This document shows, one piece after another, positions 1-9,434 of a stretch of DNA of 39,923 nucleotides (positions within the stretch are counted from its first letter, which is position 1; each line of letters opens with the position of its first letter). The DNA comes from an uncultured Lachnospiraceae bacterium (lineage in GTDB: Bacteria > Bacillota > Clostridia > Lachnospirales > Lachnospiraceae), in NCBI GenBank assembly GCA_964514125.1, contig CAZEPO010000002.1:1-39923 (forward strand). The letters run 5' to 3'. The notes beneath the pieces are model-generated. The model made no database searches, was not told where the DNA came from, and saw only the letters and a program-made list of their open reading frames with translations. A program made the position numbers and the translations under genes.

Positions 1-55
1 CGCTGGATTTAGGTTCCAGTGGGAGACCGTGCAGGTTCAAGTCCTGTTAGCCGCA
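1..55 (+). tRNA. tRNA-Leu(TAG), 5'-truncated by the window edge
   Basis: Anticodon arm CTGGA-TTTAGGT-TCCAG (anticodon TAG), long variable arm, T-arm GCAGG-TTCAAGT-CCTGT, acceptor 3' strand ending CCGCA; CCA is not encoded. Confidence 0.9.
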
Positions 56-59
56 GTGT

Positions 60-93
60 AACCTCCTTGATTTTCAAGGAGGTTTTTATTTTT
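60..93 (+). terminator. Rho-independent terminator after the tRNA
   Basis: Perfect 11-bp stem AACCTCCTTGA/TCAAGGAGGTT followed by a T-rich tract. Confidence 0.85.
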
Positions 94-200
94 CACAGAT
101 TGGCTGTCAGCAAGTATTGTATCAGCAGAGGGCTTTATGTTATTATTTTATGAGACGATGTATTTTATGGAGAAGATATTAGAAGGACAGAGGAAAATTC

Positions 201-848
201 ATGAGTGATTTAAAAAAGGCAAAAGCGATTATTTTTGATATGGATGGAGTAATATTAAACAGTGAACCAGTGCATGAAGAGGCTCGTCAGCAGATGTTTC
301 AGGAGATGAATATTGTATTGGATGCAGATTTTCCGGATCCAGTGGGCAAAGCAACGGATGAATTTTGGGAGCTGATTTTAAACAAGCTTGGGCTTCCAGG
401 GAGCAGCCAGCAAAAGAGCGTGGAGCATTACCGACGAGTAGCAGAATTGGTGGAGCAAAAACAGCTTGGCCCGAGTGAAGGTTTGCTGGATGTATTGGAA
501 TGGGCAAAGAAAAATCAAATGAAGATTGGTATAGCATCCTCATCGCTTCGTTATCTTGTGGATGCGGTACTTCGTATTCTAAATATAGGACAATATTTTG
601 ACTGTACTGTGGCTGGTGATGAGGTAGAGCACAAGAAGCCAGCGCCGGATATTTATCAGAAGGTGCTTTCTGAAATGGGGATTTCACCTGAGGATGCCAT
701 AGCAGTGGAAGATTCAAAAGCAGGCGTGAAGGCAGCCAAAACAGCTGGAATTTTTTGTTTTGGATACCAGAACCCGACCTCAGGAAGTCAGGATCTGCAG
801 CAGGCAGACTGTCAGATCAGACATCTGAGAGAAATTACAACGAATTGA
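201..848 (+). CDS. HAD-family phosphatase (beta-PGM/CbbY-like)
   Basis: Motifs FDMDGV, IASSS, KPAPDIY and VEDS; RBS GAGG upstream. Confidence 0.9.
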   Translation: MSDLKKAKAIIFDMDGVILNSEPVHEEARQQMFQEMNIVLDADFPDPVGKATDEFWELILNKLGLPGSSQQKSVEHYRRVAELVEQKQLGPSEGLLDVLEWAKKNQMKIGIASSSLRYLVDAVLRILNIGQYFDCTVAGDEVEHKKPAPDIYQKVLSEMGISPEDAIAVEDSKAGVKAAKTAGIFCFGYQNPTSGSQDLQQADCQIRHLREITTN

Positions 849-879
849 TCCATTCATTATAATGACAGGAGGCAATGGT

Positions 880-1269
880 ATGAATTATACAGAAAGAAAA
901 CGAATTTTGTTTTTTGGTCTTCCGTGGACCTTTACGACGTATCATATTTCGGAAGAATTGATCACGATGAAGCAGGGATTTTTAAAAAGAGTAGAAAATG
1001 ACTGCTACATGTACAAGGTGATCGATGTGCGGCTGGAGTGCAGTCTGCTGGAGCGACTGTTTGGTCTTGGAACAGTGCACTGTTTTGGCTCTGATGTGAC
1101 ACATCCGGATATGGTGATACGTCATGTGAAGCATGCGAAGGAGATTAAGGACAGCATCTTGCATTATTCTGAGGATCAGCGTATGAAACGAAAGACACTG
1201 AATACGCAGAATATCAGCGGAAGACCGGATCTTGAGGATCTGGCAGAGCATGACCCGTGTATGTTTTAA
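880..1269 (+). CDS. Bacterial PH-domain (bPH_2-like) protein
   Basis: Pattern TYHI..LI..KQGF...V.DVRL..SLLERLFGLGTV typical of bPH_2; AGGAGG at 867-872 favours ATG 880 over 862. Confidence 0.7.
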   Translation: MNYTERKRILFFGLPWTFTTYHISEELITMKQGFLKRVENDCYMYKVIDVRLECSLLERLFGLGTVHCFGSDVTHPDMVIRHVKHAKEIKDSILHYSEDQRMKRKTLNTQNISGRPDLEDLAEHDPCMF

Positions 1270-1337
1270 ACAAAGATTCGACTCCTCTTTCTAATGAAAG
1301 AAAATGAGAAAAAATGCCGAATTATTGAGAAAAATGT

Positions 1338-1378
1338 TTGACAGAATACTCGAGTTAAACTATACTAACTTTAGTTAG
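1338..1378 (+). promoter_or_regulatory. Sigma70 promoter of feoAB with an overlapping inverted repeat
   Basis: TTGACA (1338-1343), 17-bp spacer, TATACT (1361-1366); AGTTA-N8-TAACT at 1353-1370 and an extra AGTTAG at 1373-1378. Confidence 0.75.
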
Positions 1379-1417
1379 CAATATAATGACAGCAAAATGG
1401 AAAGAGGAGATCAGTAA

Positions 1418-3760
1418 ATGACATTAAAAGATCTTGAGATAGGAAAATCCGGCAAGATTCTTGCCGTAGGCGGCGAGGGCGCACTGCGGCAGCATTTTCT
1501 GGATATGGGTGTAATTCCGGGGGCGGAAGTGACATTGGTGAAATATGCACCGATGGGCGATCCGATTGAGCTGCGGATTCACGGTTACGAACTCACGCTG
1601 CGTCTGGCAGATGCAGAGAAGATTGCGATAGAGCCGATTCAGGCGATACAGCAGCGAAAAGAGCAGAACGCAGACGGACGTGAAAAAGCACAGGCGAAGC
1701 ATCCTGGACTTGGTGAAGGCGGAAAGTTTCATGTGAAGGCGGATGAGCATCCGCTTCCGACGGGAGAAATACTGACTTTTGCACTCGCAGGTAATCAGAA
1801 CTGTGGCAAAACAACCTTATTTAATCAGCTGACCGGATCAAATCAGCATGTGGGTAATTTTCCAGGTGTTACGGTAGACCGCAAAAGCGGTGTGATCCGC
1901 GGACATAACCTGACGGAGATTACAGATCTTCCGGGCATTTATTCGATGTCACCGTACAGCAGTGAGGAACGTGTGACGAGAGAGTTTATCATTCACGAGA
2001 AGCCGAAGGGTATTATCAATATCGTAGATGCGACGAATATTGAGCGAAATCTGTATCTGACCATGCAGCTGATGGAGCTTGATGTACCGATGGTATTGGC
2101 TCTGAATATGATGGATGAAGTGCGAGGCAATGGAGGATCGATCCGAATTAACGAGATGGAAGAAATGCTTGGAATTCCGGTTGTGCCGATCGTAGCAGCC
2201 AAAAATGAAGGTGTGGAAGAGCTAGTGCAGCATGCCCTTCATGTTGCACAGTATCAGGAACGTCCGGGCAGAGCAGATTTTTGCGGTAAGGACGATCATA
2301 ATGGAGCAGTGCACCGCTGTCTGCATGGTATTATGCATTTGATCGAGGATCATGCGGCGGCAGCAGGCATTCCGGTACGGTTTGCAGCGACGAAATTGAT
2401 CGAGGGAGACCAGGTGATTCAGGAACAGCTGCAGCTGTCACAGAATGAGACAGAGATGATGGAACACATTATCTGTCAGATGGAAGAGGAACGCGGTCTG
2501 GACCGTGCGGCAGCGATCGCGGATATGAGGTTTTCCTTCATTCAGAATCTGGTAGATGCGACGGTAATTAAACCGCAGGAGAGCAAAGAGCATGCCAGAA
2601 GTCGTAAGCTGGATCAGCTTTTGACAGGAAAATATACTGCGATTCCGATGTTTGTCGGTATCATGGCAGCGATATTTTATCTGACCTTCAATGTGATTGG
2701 TGCATGGCTGCAGGGAATTCTGGAGATGGGAATTACCTGGCTTACGGAACTGCTGGACGCACAGATGACTGCCTGGAATGTGAGCCATGCGGTACATTCT
2801 CTGGTGATTGATGGTATTTTCAATGGCGTTGGAAGTGTACTCAGTTTCCTGCCGATCATTGTGACACTGTTTTTCTTCCTGTCACTTCTGGAAGACACTG
2901 GCTATATGGCACGTGTCGCATTCGTGATGGACAAGCTGCTCAGAAAAATCGGTCTTTCCGGCCGAAGCATCGTACCGATGCTGATCGGATTTGGCTGTAC
3001 CGTACCGGGTGTGATGGCGAGCAGAACGCTTCCGTCGGAGCGTGACCGCAAGATGACGATCCTGTTGACACCGTTTATGAGCTGTTCTGCCAAATTGCCG
3101 ATCTATGGATTTTTTACCGCAGCGTTTTTCCCGAAATACAGCGGGCTGATCATGGTAGGGCTGTATTTCTTCGGTATCATAATTGGTATATTGACGGCAC
3201 TTGTTTTTAAAAATAGTCTGTTTAAGGGAGAAGCGGTTCCGTTTGTTATGGAGCTGCCGAACTATCGTATGCCGGGCTTCAAAAATGTAGCGCAGCTGCT
3301 TTGGGAAAAAGCGAAAGACTTTCTGCAGCGTGCATTTACCGTTATTTTCCTGGCAACGATCGCAATCTGGTTCCTGCAGAATTTCAGCCTGCAGCTGAAG
3401 ATGGTCAGCGATTCACAGGAAAGTATTCTGGCAGTTGTATCCGGCGTGATCGCACCGATCTTTGCACCGCTTGGTTTTGGCGAGTGGAGATTTTCGACGG
3501 CACTGATCACTGGATTTATGGCAAAGGAAAGCGTTGTTTCTACATTGACCATTTTGTTTGGAAGCACAGAAAGTCTGATGAGTGTGCTGACTCCGGCAGG
3601 AGCGGCAGCGATGCTGGTATTCTGTCTGCTGTATACGCCTTGTGTAGCAGCAATCGCTTCTGTGAAGCGTGAGCTTGGCGGCAAATGGGCAGCTGGCGTG
3701 GTATTCGGGCAGTGTGCGATCGCATGGATCTGTGCATTTGCGGTGCATTTACTTGTATAA
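1418..3760 (+). CDS. feoB: Ferrous iron transporter FeoB with fused N-terminal FeoA domain
   Basis: FeoA-like N-terminus (DMGVIPG..APMGDPI); G1 GNQNCGKT, G3 DLPG, G4 NMMD; membrane motifs GFGCTVP, PFMSCSAKLP, LYTPC. Confidence 0.95.
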   Translation: MTLKDLEIGKSGKILAVGGEGALRQHFLDMGVIPGAEVTLVKYAPMGDPIELRIHGYELTLRLADAEKIAIEPIQAIQQRKEQNADGREKAQAKHPGLGEGGKFHVKADEHPLPTGEILTFALAGNQNCGKTTLFNQLTGSNQHVGNFPGVTVDRKSGVIRGHNLTEITDLPGIYSMSPYSSEERVTREFIIHEKPKGIINIVDATNIERNLYLTMQLMELDVPMVLALNMMDEVRGNGGSIRINEMEEMLGIPVVPIVAAKNEGVEELVQHALHVAQYQERPGRADFCGKDDHNGAVHRCLHGIMHLIEDHAAAAGIPVRFAATKLIEGDQVIQEQLQLSQNETEMMEHIICQMEEERGLDRAAAIADMRFSFIQNLVDATVIKPQESKEHARSRKLDQLLTGKYTAIPMFVGIMAAIFYLTFNVIGAWLQGILEMGITWLTELLDAQMTAWNVSHAVHSLVIDGIFNGVGSVLSFLPIIVTLFFFLSLLEDTGYMARVAFVMDKLLRKIGLSGRSIVPMLIGFGCTVPGVMASRTLPSERDRKMTILLTPFMSCSAKLPIYGFFTAAFFPKYSGLIMVGLYFFGIIIGILTALVFKNSLFKGEAVPFVMELPNYRMPGFKNVAQLLWEKAKDFLQRAFTVIFLATIAIWFLQNFSLQLKMVSDSQESILAVVSGVIAPIFAPLGFGEWRFSTALITGFMAKESVVSTLTILFGSTESLMSVLTPAGAAAMLVFCLLYTPCVAAIASVKRELGGKWAAGVVFGQCAIAWICAFAVHLLV

Positions 3761-3773
3761 AACAGAACAAATC

Positions 3774-3807
3774 AGAAAGATCGGTTTGCATACCGGTCTT
3801 TCTTTTT
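3774..3807 (+). terminator. Terminator after feoB
   Basis: Stem AGAAAGATCGGT/ACCGGTCTTTCT followed by a T run. Confidence 0.75.
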
Positions 3808-3816
3808 GCAAAATCA

Positions 3817-3834
3817 GCCGAATAAATATACATT
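3817..3834 (+). promoter_or_regulatory. Candidate ARG box (ArgR/AhrC operator)
   Basis: GCCGAATAAATATACATT resembles TG(A/C)AT-W4-AT(G/A)CA and lies upstream of argF. Confidence 0.5.
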
Positions 3835-3984
3835 TTTGATTGATATTTATTTTTTTGCAGGCTGCTGAGGTTGTGTTTTGAAGGCAAATGTAGTAGAATG
3901 TTCAAAAAGCAGAGAGTCAGGCAGCGGAAACCGCAAATGATTAAAAATAGACAGAATGGCCGGGACTTACAGGAGGAGTGCACG

Positions 3985-4968
3985 ATGAATTTAAAAGGAA
4001 GAGATTTTCTGACACTGAAGGATTTTACACCGGAAGAGATTGCAGGGCTGCTTGATCTGGCAGCAGACCTGAAAGCAAAGAAAAAGGCAGGAGAACCACA
4101 GCCGCAGTTTACAGGCAAAAATATTGCGCTGATTTTTGAGAAGACCAGTACACGTACCAGATGTTCTTTTGAGGTAGCAGCACATGACCTCGGAATGCAT
4201 GTGACCTACCTTGATCCGTCTGCTTCACAGATTGGTAAAAAAGAGAGTATTCGTGATACGGCAAGGGTACTGGGCAGAATGTTTGACGGAATTGAGTATC
4301 GTGGATTTGACCAGACTTTTGTTGAGGATTTGGCAAAATATGCAGATGTTCCTGTTTGGAACGGTCTGACCAACGAATATCATCCGACACAGATGCTGGC
4401 AGATATGCTCACGATTCGGGAGCATCTTGGAGAACTCAAAGGAAAGAAGCTTGCATACTTTGGTGATGCACGCTATAATATGGGCAATTCATTGATGATC
4501 GCTTGTGCAAAGATGGGAATGCACTTTGCTGCATGCACTGCGAAGGAATATTTTCCGAATGCAGAGCTGGTTGCAGAATGTGAGGCATATGCGAAGGAGA
4601 GCGGCGCGACGATCACTCTGACAGAGAGTATCGAAGAAGGCGCAAAGGACGCAGAGGTGATCTATACGGATGTATGGGTATCCATGGGAGAACCGGACAG
4701 CGTATGGGCAGAGCGGATCAAAGTATTGCTTCCGTATCAGGTTAATGCCAATGTAATGGCACATGCCAAGGAAAGTGCGATCTTTATGCATTGTCTGCCG
4801 GCATTCCATGATCTGGAGACAAAGATTGGCAGAGAGGTTTATGAAAAATTTGGTCTGGATGCACTGGAGGTTACTGATGAGGTATTTGAATCAGCACAGT
4901 CAGTTGTATTTGATGAGGCAGAGAACCGAATGCATACGATCAAGGCAGTGATCGCAGCGACGATGTAA
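3985..4968 (+). CDS. argF: Ornithine carbamoyltransferase
   Basis: Motifs [30 protein letters not shown]; AGGAGG upstream of ATG 3985. Confidence 0.93.
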   Translation: MNLKGRDFLTLKDFTPEEIAGLLDLAADLKAKKKAGEPQPQFTGKNIALIFEKTSTRTRCSFEVAAHDLGMHVTYLDPSASQIGKKESIRDTARVLGRMFDGIEYRGFDQTFVEDLAKYADVPVWNGLTNEYHPTQMLADMLTIREHLGELKGKKLAYFGDARYNMGNSLMIACAKMGMHFAACTAKEYFPNAELVAECEAYAKESGATITLTESIEEGAKDAEVIYTDVWVSMGEPDSVWAERIKVLLPYQVNANVMAHAKESAIFMHCLPAFHDLETKIGREVYEKFGLDALEVTDEVFESAQSVVFDEAENRMHTIKAVIAATM

Positions 4969-5053
4969 TCGTCCTGAGTTGCGTATAAAGCGGCGACAGC
5001 GGATTGGAGATTCGCTTGACGTATTCGCGTTATTGACAAGGAAACGATGAGAG

Positions 5054-5102
5054 AGCGGACCCGATTCTCAGAAGATGAGAAGTAAGTGTCCGCTTTATCT
5101 TT
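5054..5102 (+). terminator. Compound hairpin, probable terminator after argF
   Basis: Outer stem AGCGGAC/GTCCGCT, inner stem TTCTCA/TGAGAA, T-rich tail. Confidence 0.45.
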
Positions 5103-5105
5103 CGG

Positions 5106-5378
5106 ATGGAGAATGAGATGAAGAAAATCAGAGAAGAAGAGACGCAGGGAATGGAAATTTTCTGTGTGATCACATCACTTTTGATCATTGTATTATGCGT
5201 GATATTTTTGTTTGATCTGTGGCAGAGCGGATGGTTTCTGAAGTTTATTCTTGGTTTGGGGATTTTACTGCATCTGGCATTAACTTGTTTGTATCTGATT
5301 TGGCAAAAAAATCTGCATGCAGTGTGGGCAGGACTGTTTTTATTGTTTTATGCAGGTGCACTTACATTATTGAAGTAA
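5106..5378 (+). CDS. Small membrane protein (about 3 TM helices), function unknown
   Basis: 90-aa ORF with three hydrophobic segments; the start may instead be ATG 5118. Confidence 0.65.
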   Translation: MENEMKKIREEETQGMEIFCVITSLLIIVLCVIFLFDLWQSGWFLKFILGLGILLHLALTCLYLIWQKNLHAVWAGLFLLFYAGALTLLK

Positions 5379-5429
5379 ACATAGCTGTTCAGAACCGAAA
5401 GGGATTGAGGAAAGAGAGGGGAACAGAAT

Positions 5430-6206
5430 ATGAAGAATCAAAAACTTGCCGCACTTGGGCTGAATGTGTTATCTTATGAAAAGATTGATTCGACCAACAG
5501 TGAACTGAAACGGTTGGCGGAGCAGGGCGCGTTGGAAGGCACACTGGTACTTGCAAAGGAGCAGGAGGCTGGCAGAGGGCGCAGAGGACGCAGCTGGCTG
5601 ACACCTGCAGGCAGTGCAGTGGCGATGAGCCTTTTGCTGCGGCCAAGGATCGCACCGGAACATGCGTCGATGATCACGCTGATCATGGGGCTGGCTGTTG
5701 CGCGTGCATGCAGACAGCTGTATCAGTTGGAGGTGCAGATCAAATGGCCCAATGACGTTGTGGCAGACGGCAGAAAAATCTGCGGTATTTTGACTGAGAT
5801 GAAATGTGAAGGATCCCAGATTGATTATGTAGTTGTTGGAGTCGGGATTAATACGCAGGTGGAGGTATTTCCGGCAGAATTGGAAAAGACGGCGGTTTCC
5901 CTGCATCAGCTGATCGGCAGAGCACCGGATCAGGAGGAATTGATTGTTTGTTGTATGAAGGAGTTTGAACGGTATTACGAACAGTTTCTGCAGACACGGG
6001 ATCTGTCTCTTCTGACAGAAGAATATAATGAACTGCTGGCTGGCAGATGCGGCAGTGTTCGTGTGTTGGAGCCGGGCAATGAATATACAGGCATTGCAGA
6101 GGGCATCAATGAGCGCGGAGAGCTGCAGGTACGCCGTGAGGACAGAACGCTTGTGTCCGTCTATGCCGGAGAAGTATCGGTGCGCGGGATCTACGGCTAC
6201 ATATAA
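5430..6206 (+). CDS. birA: Biotin--[acetyl-CoA-carboxylase] ligase lacking the N-terminal HTH domain
   Basis: Motifs IDSTN, GRGRRGRSW, IKWPND, KICGILTE, GVGIN and C-terminal AGEVS; catalytic domain starts about 12 aa after Met. Confidence 0.92.
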   Translation: MKNQKLAALGLNVLSYEKIDSTNSELKRLAEQGALEGTLVLAKEQEAGRGRRGRSWLTPAGSAVAMSLLLRPRIAPEHASMITLIMGLAVARACRQLYQLEVQIKWPNDVVADGRKICGILTEMKCEGSQIDYVVVGVGINTQVEVFPAELEKTAVSLHQLIGRAPDQEELIVCCMKEFERYYEQFLQTRDLSLLTEEYNELLAGRCGSVRVLEPGNEYTGIAEGINERGELQVRREDRTLVSVYAGEVSVRGIYGYI

Positions 6207-6273
6207 GGTTCAGAGTCAAGCAAAATTTTATTTGGCGGATATGCCACAGAGAGGAAAATAGAAAGGAAACGAC

Positions 6274-6618
6274 ATGAACGATAACACTGTTGTGCTTTGC
6301 GGTGCAAATGCATATGAAGAAAAATATTATCTGAATGACCAGTTTAAAGGGCTGCCGTCACAGATTCAGGAAGAACTGCAGATTATGTGTGTATTATATA
6401 CACATGAGATCGGCGGAATCTTTTTAATGGAGTTTGATGAAAATGGAGATCTTCAGTTCAAGACTGAGGCAGCAGAAAATGACTTTTCCTACGATGAGAT
6501 CGGCAGTGTGCTGAGAATCAAGAAACTCCAGAAGGAAAAAGAAGAACTGCTGCGTTCACTGGAACTGTATTACAAAGCAGTGATCCTGAAGCAGATACCG
6601 CTGGAGGATTTGGAGTAA
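6274..6618 (+). CDS. Conserved Clostridiales protein (DUF6145-like)
   Basis: Pattern VLCGANAYEEKYY...DFSYDEIG...LELYYK recognised from memory; strong RBS. Confidence 0.7.
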   Translation: MNDNTVVLCGANAYEEKYYLNDQFKGLPSQIQEELQIMCVLYTHEIGGIFLMEFDENGDLQFKTEAAENDFSYDEIGSVLRIKKLQKEKEELLRSLELYYKAVILKQIPLEDLE

Positions 6619-6619
6619 G

Positions 6620-7579
6620 ATGAAGATCGGCAATGTAGTATTGGAAAACAACGTGATACTGGCACCGATGGCAGGTGTTTCGGACCTGCCATTTCGCCTG
6701 TTATGCAAAGAGCAGGGTGTTGGATTGACCAGTAGCGAGATGGTAAGTGCCAAGGCAATCTCGTTTCACAACAAGAACACGGAAGCACTGCTTGAGACAG
6801 CGCCGCAGGAGCGTCCGGTTTCCCTGCAGCTGTTTGGTTCTGATCCGGATATCATCAGTGAAATGGCGGCTTATATAGAGGAGCGTCCGTTTGATATCCT
6901 CGATATCAACATGGGCTGCCCGGTACCGAAGGTAGCCGGCAATGGAGAAGGCTCTGCACTGATGCGGAATCCGAAGCTTGTGGAGGAGATCATCAGCAAG
7001 ACGGCCAGCCGGATCAAAAAGCCGGTCACGGTCAAGATCCGCAAAGGCTTTAACGAGCAGGAAGTGAATGCGGTAGAGATTGCGCGGATCGCCGAGGCAT
7101 CAGGTGCAGCGGCAGTGGCAGTGCACGGCAGAACAAGGGAACAGTATTATTCCGGAACGGCAGACTGGGATATCATTCGACAGGTCAAAGAAGCCGTGAA
7201 GATTCCGGTGATCGGAAATGGCGATGTGACTTCACCGCAGAAGGCGAAGCAGCTGCTGGACGAGACCGGCTGTGACGGGGTCATGGTAGGTCGTGCAGCG
7301 CAGGGAAATCCGTGGATTTTCAAAGAGATCACGCACTATCTGGCAACCGGTGAACTGCTTCCGCGTCCGGACAAAGCAGAAGTGCGGGATATGATGCTGC
7401 GCCATGCGCGAATGCAGATTGAATATAAAGGGGAATACATCGGTATGCGGGAGATGCGCAAGCATGTGTCCTGGTACACAGCAGGATATCCCAATTCTGC
7501 AAAGCTGCGCGGCGTGATCAACGCGGTGGAGAGCTATGAAGAACTGGAAGCTTTGCTGATGGAACGATTCCTTTGCTGA
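6620..7579 (+). CDS. dusB: tRNA-dihydrouridine synthase B
   Basis: Motifs LAPMAG, QLFG, DINMGCP, VHGRT, GNGD, GVMVGR. Confidence 0.95.
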   Translation: MKIGNVVLENNVILAPMAGVSDLPFRLLCKEQGVGLTSSEMVSAKAISFHNKNTEALLETAPQERPVSLQLFGSDPDIISEMAAYIEERPFDILDINMGCPVPKVAGNGEGSALMRNPKLVEEIISKTASRIKKPVTVKIRKGFNEQEVNAVEIARIAEASGAAAVAVHGRTREQYYSGTADWDIIRQVKEAVKIPVIGNGDVTSPQKAKQLLDETGCDGVMVGRAAQGNPWIFKEITHYLATGELLPRPDKAEVRDMMLRHARMQIEYKGEYIGMREMRKHVSWYTAGYPNSAKLRGVINAVESYEELEALLMERFLC

Positions 7580-7648
7580 AAATTCTTAAAAAAACAAAAG
7601 CCTAAGAAGAAATACATGTCACAATTATGAAAAAGAGGAGTGAACCAT

Positions 7649-8596
7649 ATGAAAACGAAGATTTTTATTGATGGAAGCGAAGGAACAACCGGCCTGCGTA
7701 TTTTTGAGCGTTTTGAAGGCCGTGATGATATCGAACTGCTGAAGATCCCGTCCGAGCTGAGAAAAGATCCGGAGGAGGTCAAAAAGTATATTAATGCATC
7801 AGATATTACATTTTTGTGTCTGCCGGATGCAGCAGCCAGAGAGGCAGTGACGCTGATCGAAAATGATCATGTCCGTATTATTGATACATCAACAGCACAT
7901 CGAACAGAGGAAGGCTGGGCATACGGTTATCCGGAACTCTCTAAGGCACACAGAGAGGCAATCCGAACCGGCAAGCGTGTAGCAGTTCCGGGCTGTCATG
8001 CAACAGGCTTTATTACTGCCGTTTATCCGTTGGTGGCAGGTAAGATTCTGCCGTCAGATTATCCGGTTGCAAGTTTTTCACTGACCGGTTACAGCGGAGG
8101 CGGCAAAAAGATGATCGCTGAGTATGAAGGAGAAGGACGTGACGTGGAGCTGGATGCACCGCGGGAATATGCGCTGGGTCAGACACATAAGCATCTGAAA
8201 GAGATGAAAAAAATCACAGGTCTGGATCGTGAACCGCTGTTTTCACCGATCGTAGCAGATTATTACAGTGGAATGGTTGTTTCTGTGCCGCTCTATACAG
8301 AGCTGATGAATGGCAAACAGACACCGGAGACGATTCATCGATACTTTGAAGAATATTATGCAGGTGAACAATTTATCAGAGTAATGCCGCTTGGCAAAGA
8401 AGCAGATTACCGTGGATTCCTGAGCGGAAATGGCTGCTCTGGCTGGGATGGCATGGAAATCTATGTCACAGGCAATGAAGAACGAGTGCTGGTATCTGCA
8501 CGTTTCGACAACCTCGGCAAAGGCGCTTCGGGTGCGGCAATCCAGTGCCTGAATATCATGCTTGGCTGTGATGAGGCTAAGGGGTTAAATATTTGA
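7649..8596 (+). CDS. argC: N-acetyl-gamma-glutamyl-phosphate reductase (type 2)
   Basis: Motifs IFIDG.EGTTGL, FLCLPD, STAHR, PGC, GYSGGGK, DNLGKGASGAAIQ. Confidence 0.93.
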   Translation: MKTKIFIDGSEGTTGLRIFERFEGRDDIELLKIPSELRKDPEEVKKYINASDITFLCLPDAAAREAVTLIENDHVRIIDTSTAHRTEEGWAYGYPELSKAHREAIRTGKRVAVPGCHATGFITAVYPLVAGKILPSDYPVASFSLTGYSGGGKKMIAEYEGEGRDVELDAPREYALGQTHKHLKEMKKITGLDREPLFSPIVADYYSGMVVSVPLYTELMNGKQTPETIHRYFEEYYAGEQFIRVMPLGKEADYRGFLSGNGCSGWDGMEIYVTGNEERVLVSARFDNLGKGASGAAIQCLNIMLGCDEAKGLNI

Positions 8597-8717
8597 TGGT
8601 TCATTGAACGCAGAACGAGCAATCCGCTGCTTCAAATGTGTAGAGCATTAAGTAGGGGGAATAAGAGCAGGAGGTTCTGCATCAGGCTATGTACATTCTG
8701 TAAAAACGGAGGCGATT

Positions 8718-9335
8718 ATGAGTTTTGTATTATCAGTCCGCGGCGGCAACTTTGCGATCATGATGAGTGACGGCAGGGTAAACAGATCCGATGATAAGCG
8801 GGTAGCGGGAGAGACTTTTCAAAAGGTATTTCAATTGAATGAGAAAGTATGTCTTGGGATCACAGGAGATCCACTTACTGTTTATTATGCATTGAATGAG
8901 CTGAATACCTACAATCTGGAGCAGATGACGATGGAGCGGATCAAGCGTATTTTGACAAAAGCAGTCAAAGAAGCACCGGTAGAGCGTTTCGGTGTAGAAT
9001 TTCTTTTGAGCGGCAGCAATAAGTCTGGAAGATATGTAACCTACAGTGTGAATACAAAACGTGATCCGGAGGAACTTTTGTTTGACAGTATAGAGTCACA
9101 GGGCTTCGGCATTGTCTATACCGGTTCGCAGCTTCCGCAGATCCAGAAGATTGTAGATAAGCATATTCCAGGCGGCAAAGTGTGGGAAAGTCTTGGGGAG
9201 ATCCGGGATCATATGGAAGCCTGTATCAAGGAGATCGCTTCCGTTGATGACAGCGTCAACGATACCGTTTTTGATGTGATGGTAGTCGAACGGCCGAAAG
9301 AGGGCAGGAAGCTCGTCATGATGGACGGAATCTAA
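8718..9335 (+). CDS. Hypothetical protein with predicted proteasome-beta/HslV-like Ntn-hydrolase fold
   Basis: GGAGG RBS; after Met removal Ser1, Asp17, Lys35, Gly49, plus later YTGS and DDS motifs, mirror the Ntn catalytic spacing. Confidence 0.7.
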   Translation: MSFVLSVRGGNFAIMMSDGRVNRSDDKRVAGETFQKVFQLNEKVCLGITGDPLTVYYALNELNTYNLEQMTMERIKRILTKAVKEAPVERFGVEFLLSGSNKSGRYVTYSVNTKRDPEELLFDSIESQGFGIVYTGSQLPQIQKIVDKHIPGGKVWESLGEIRDHMEACIKEIASVDDSVNDTVFDVMVVERPKEGRKLVMMDGI

Positions 9336-9343
9336 GCTGACTC

Positions 9344-9372
9344 TTGAATAAAAACGCATTTGATAGTATACT
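9344..9372 (+). promoter_or_regulatory. Sigma70 promoter of pgi
   Basis: TTGAAT, 17-bp spacer, TATACT. Confidence 0.65.
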
Positions 9373-9434
9373 TGAGAGAACGGATTTCATTTATTGGAGT
9401 GGGATACGAAGATCAATATGAAGGAGGATCCATT

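Noticed and set aside
1-200. tRNA as an integration site for a genomic island
   Set aside because: No integrase and no visible duplicate of the tRNA 3' end; housekeeping-type genes follow
3871-3984. N-terminal extensions in the ORF track (argF, pgi, permease, yqeC, uvrB, uvrA, recD2, GT2)
   Set aside because: Downstream ATGs have better RBSs or match family N-termini, and the extensions run through promoters or upstream genes
3985-4968. Carbamoyltransferase as YgeW of purine catabolism
   Set aside because: It has canonical OTC motifs (SMG, HCLP), a candidate ARG box and argC nearby
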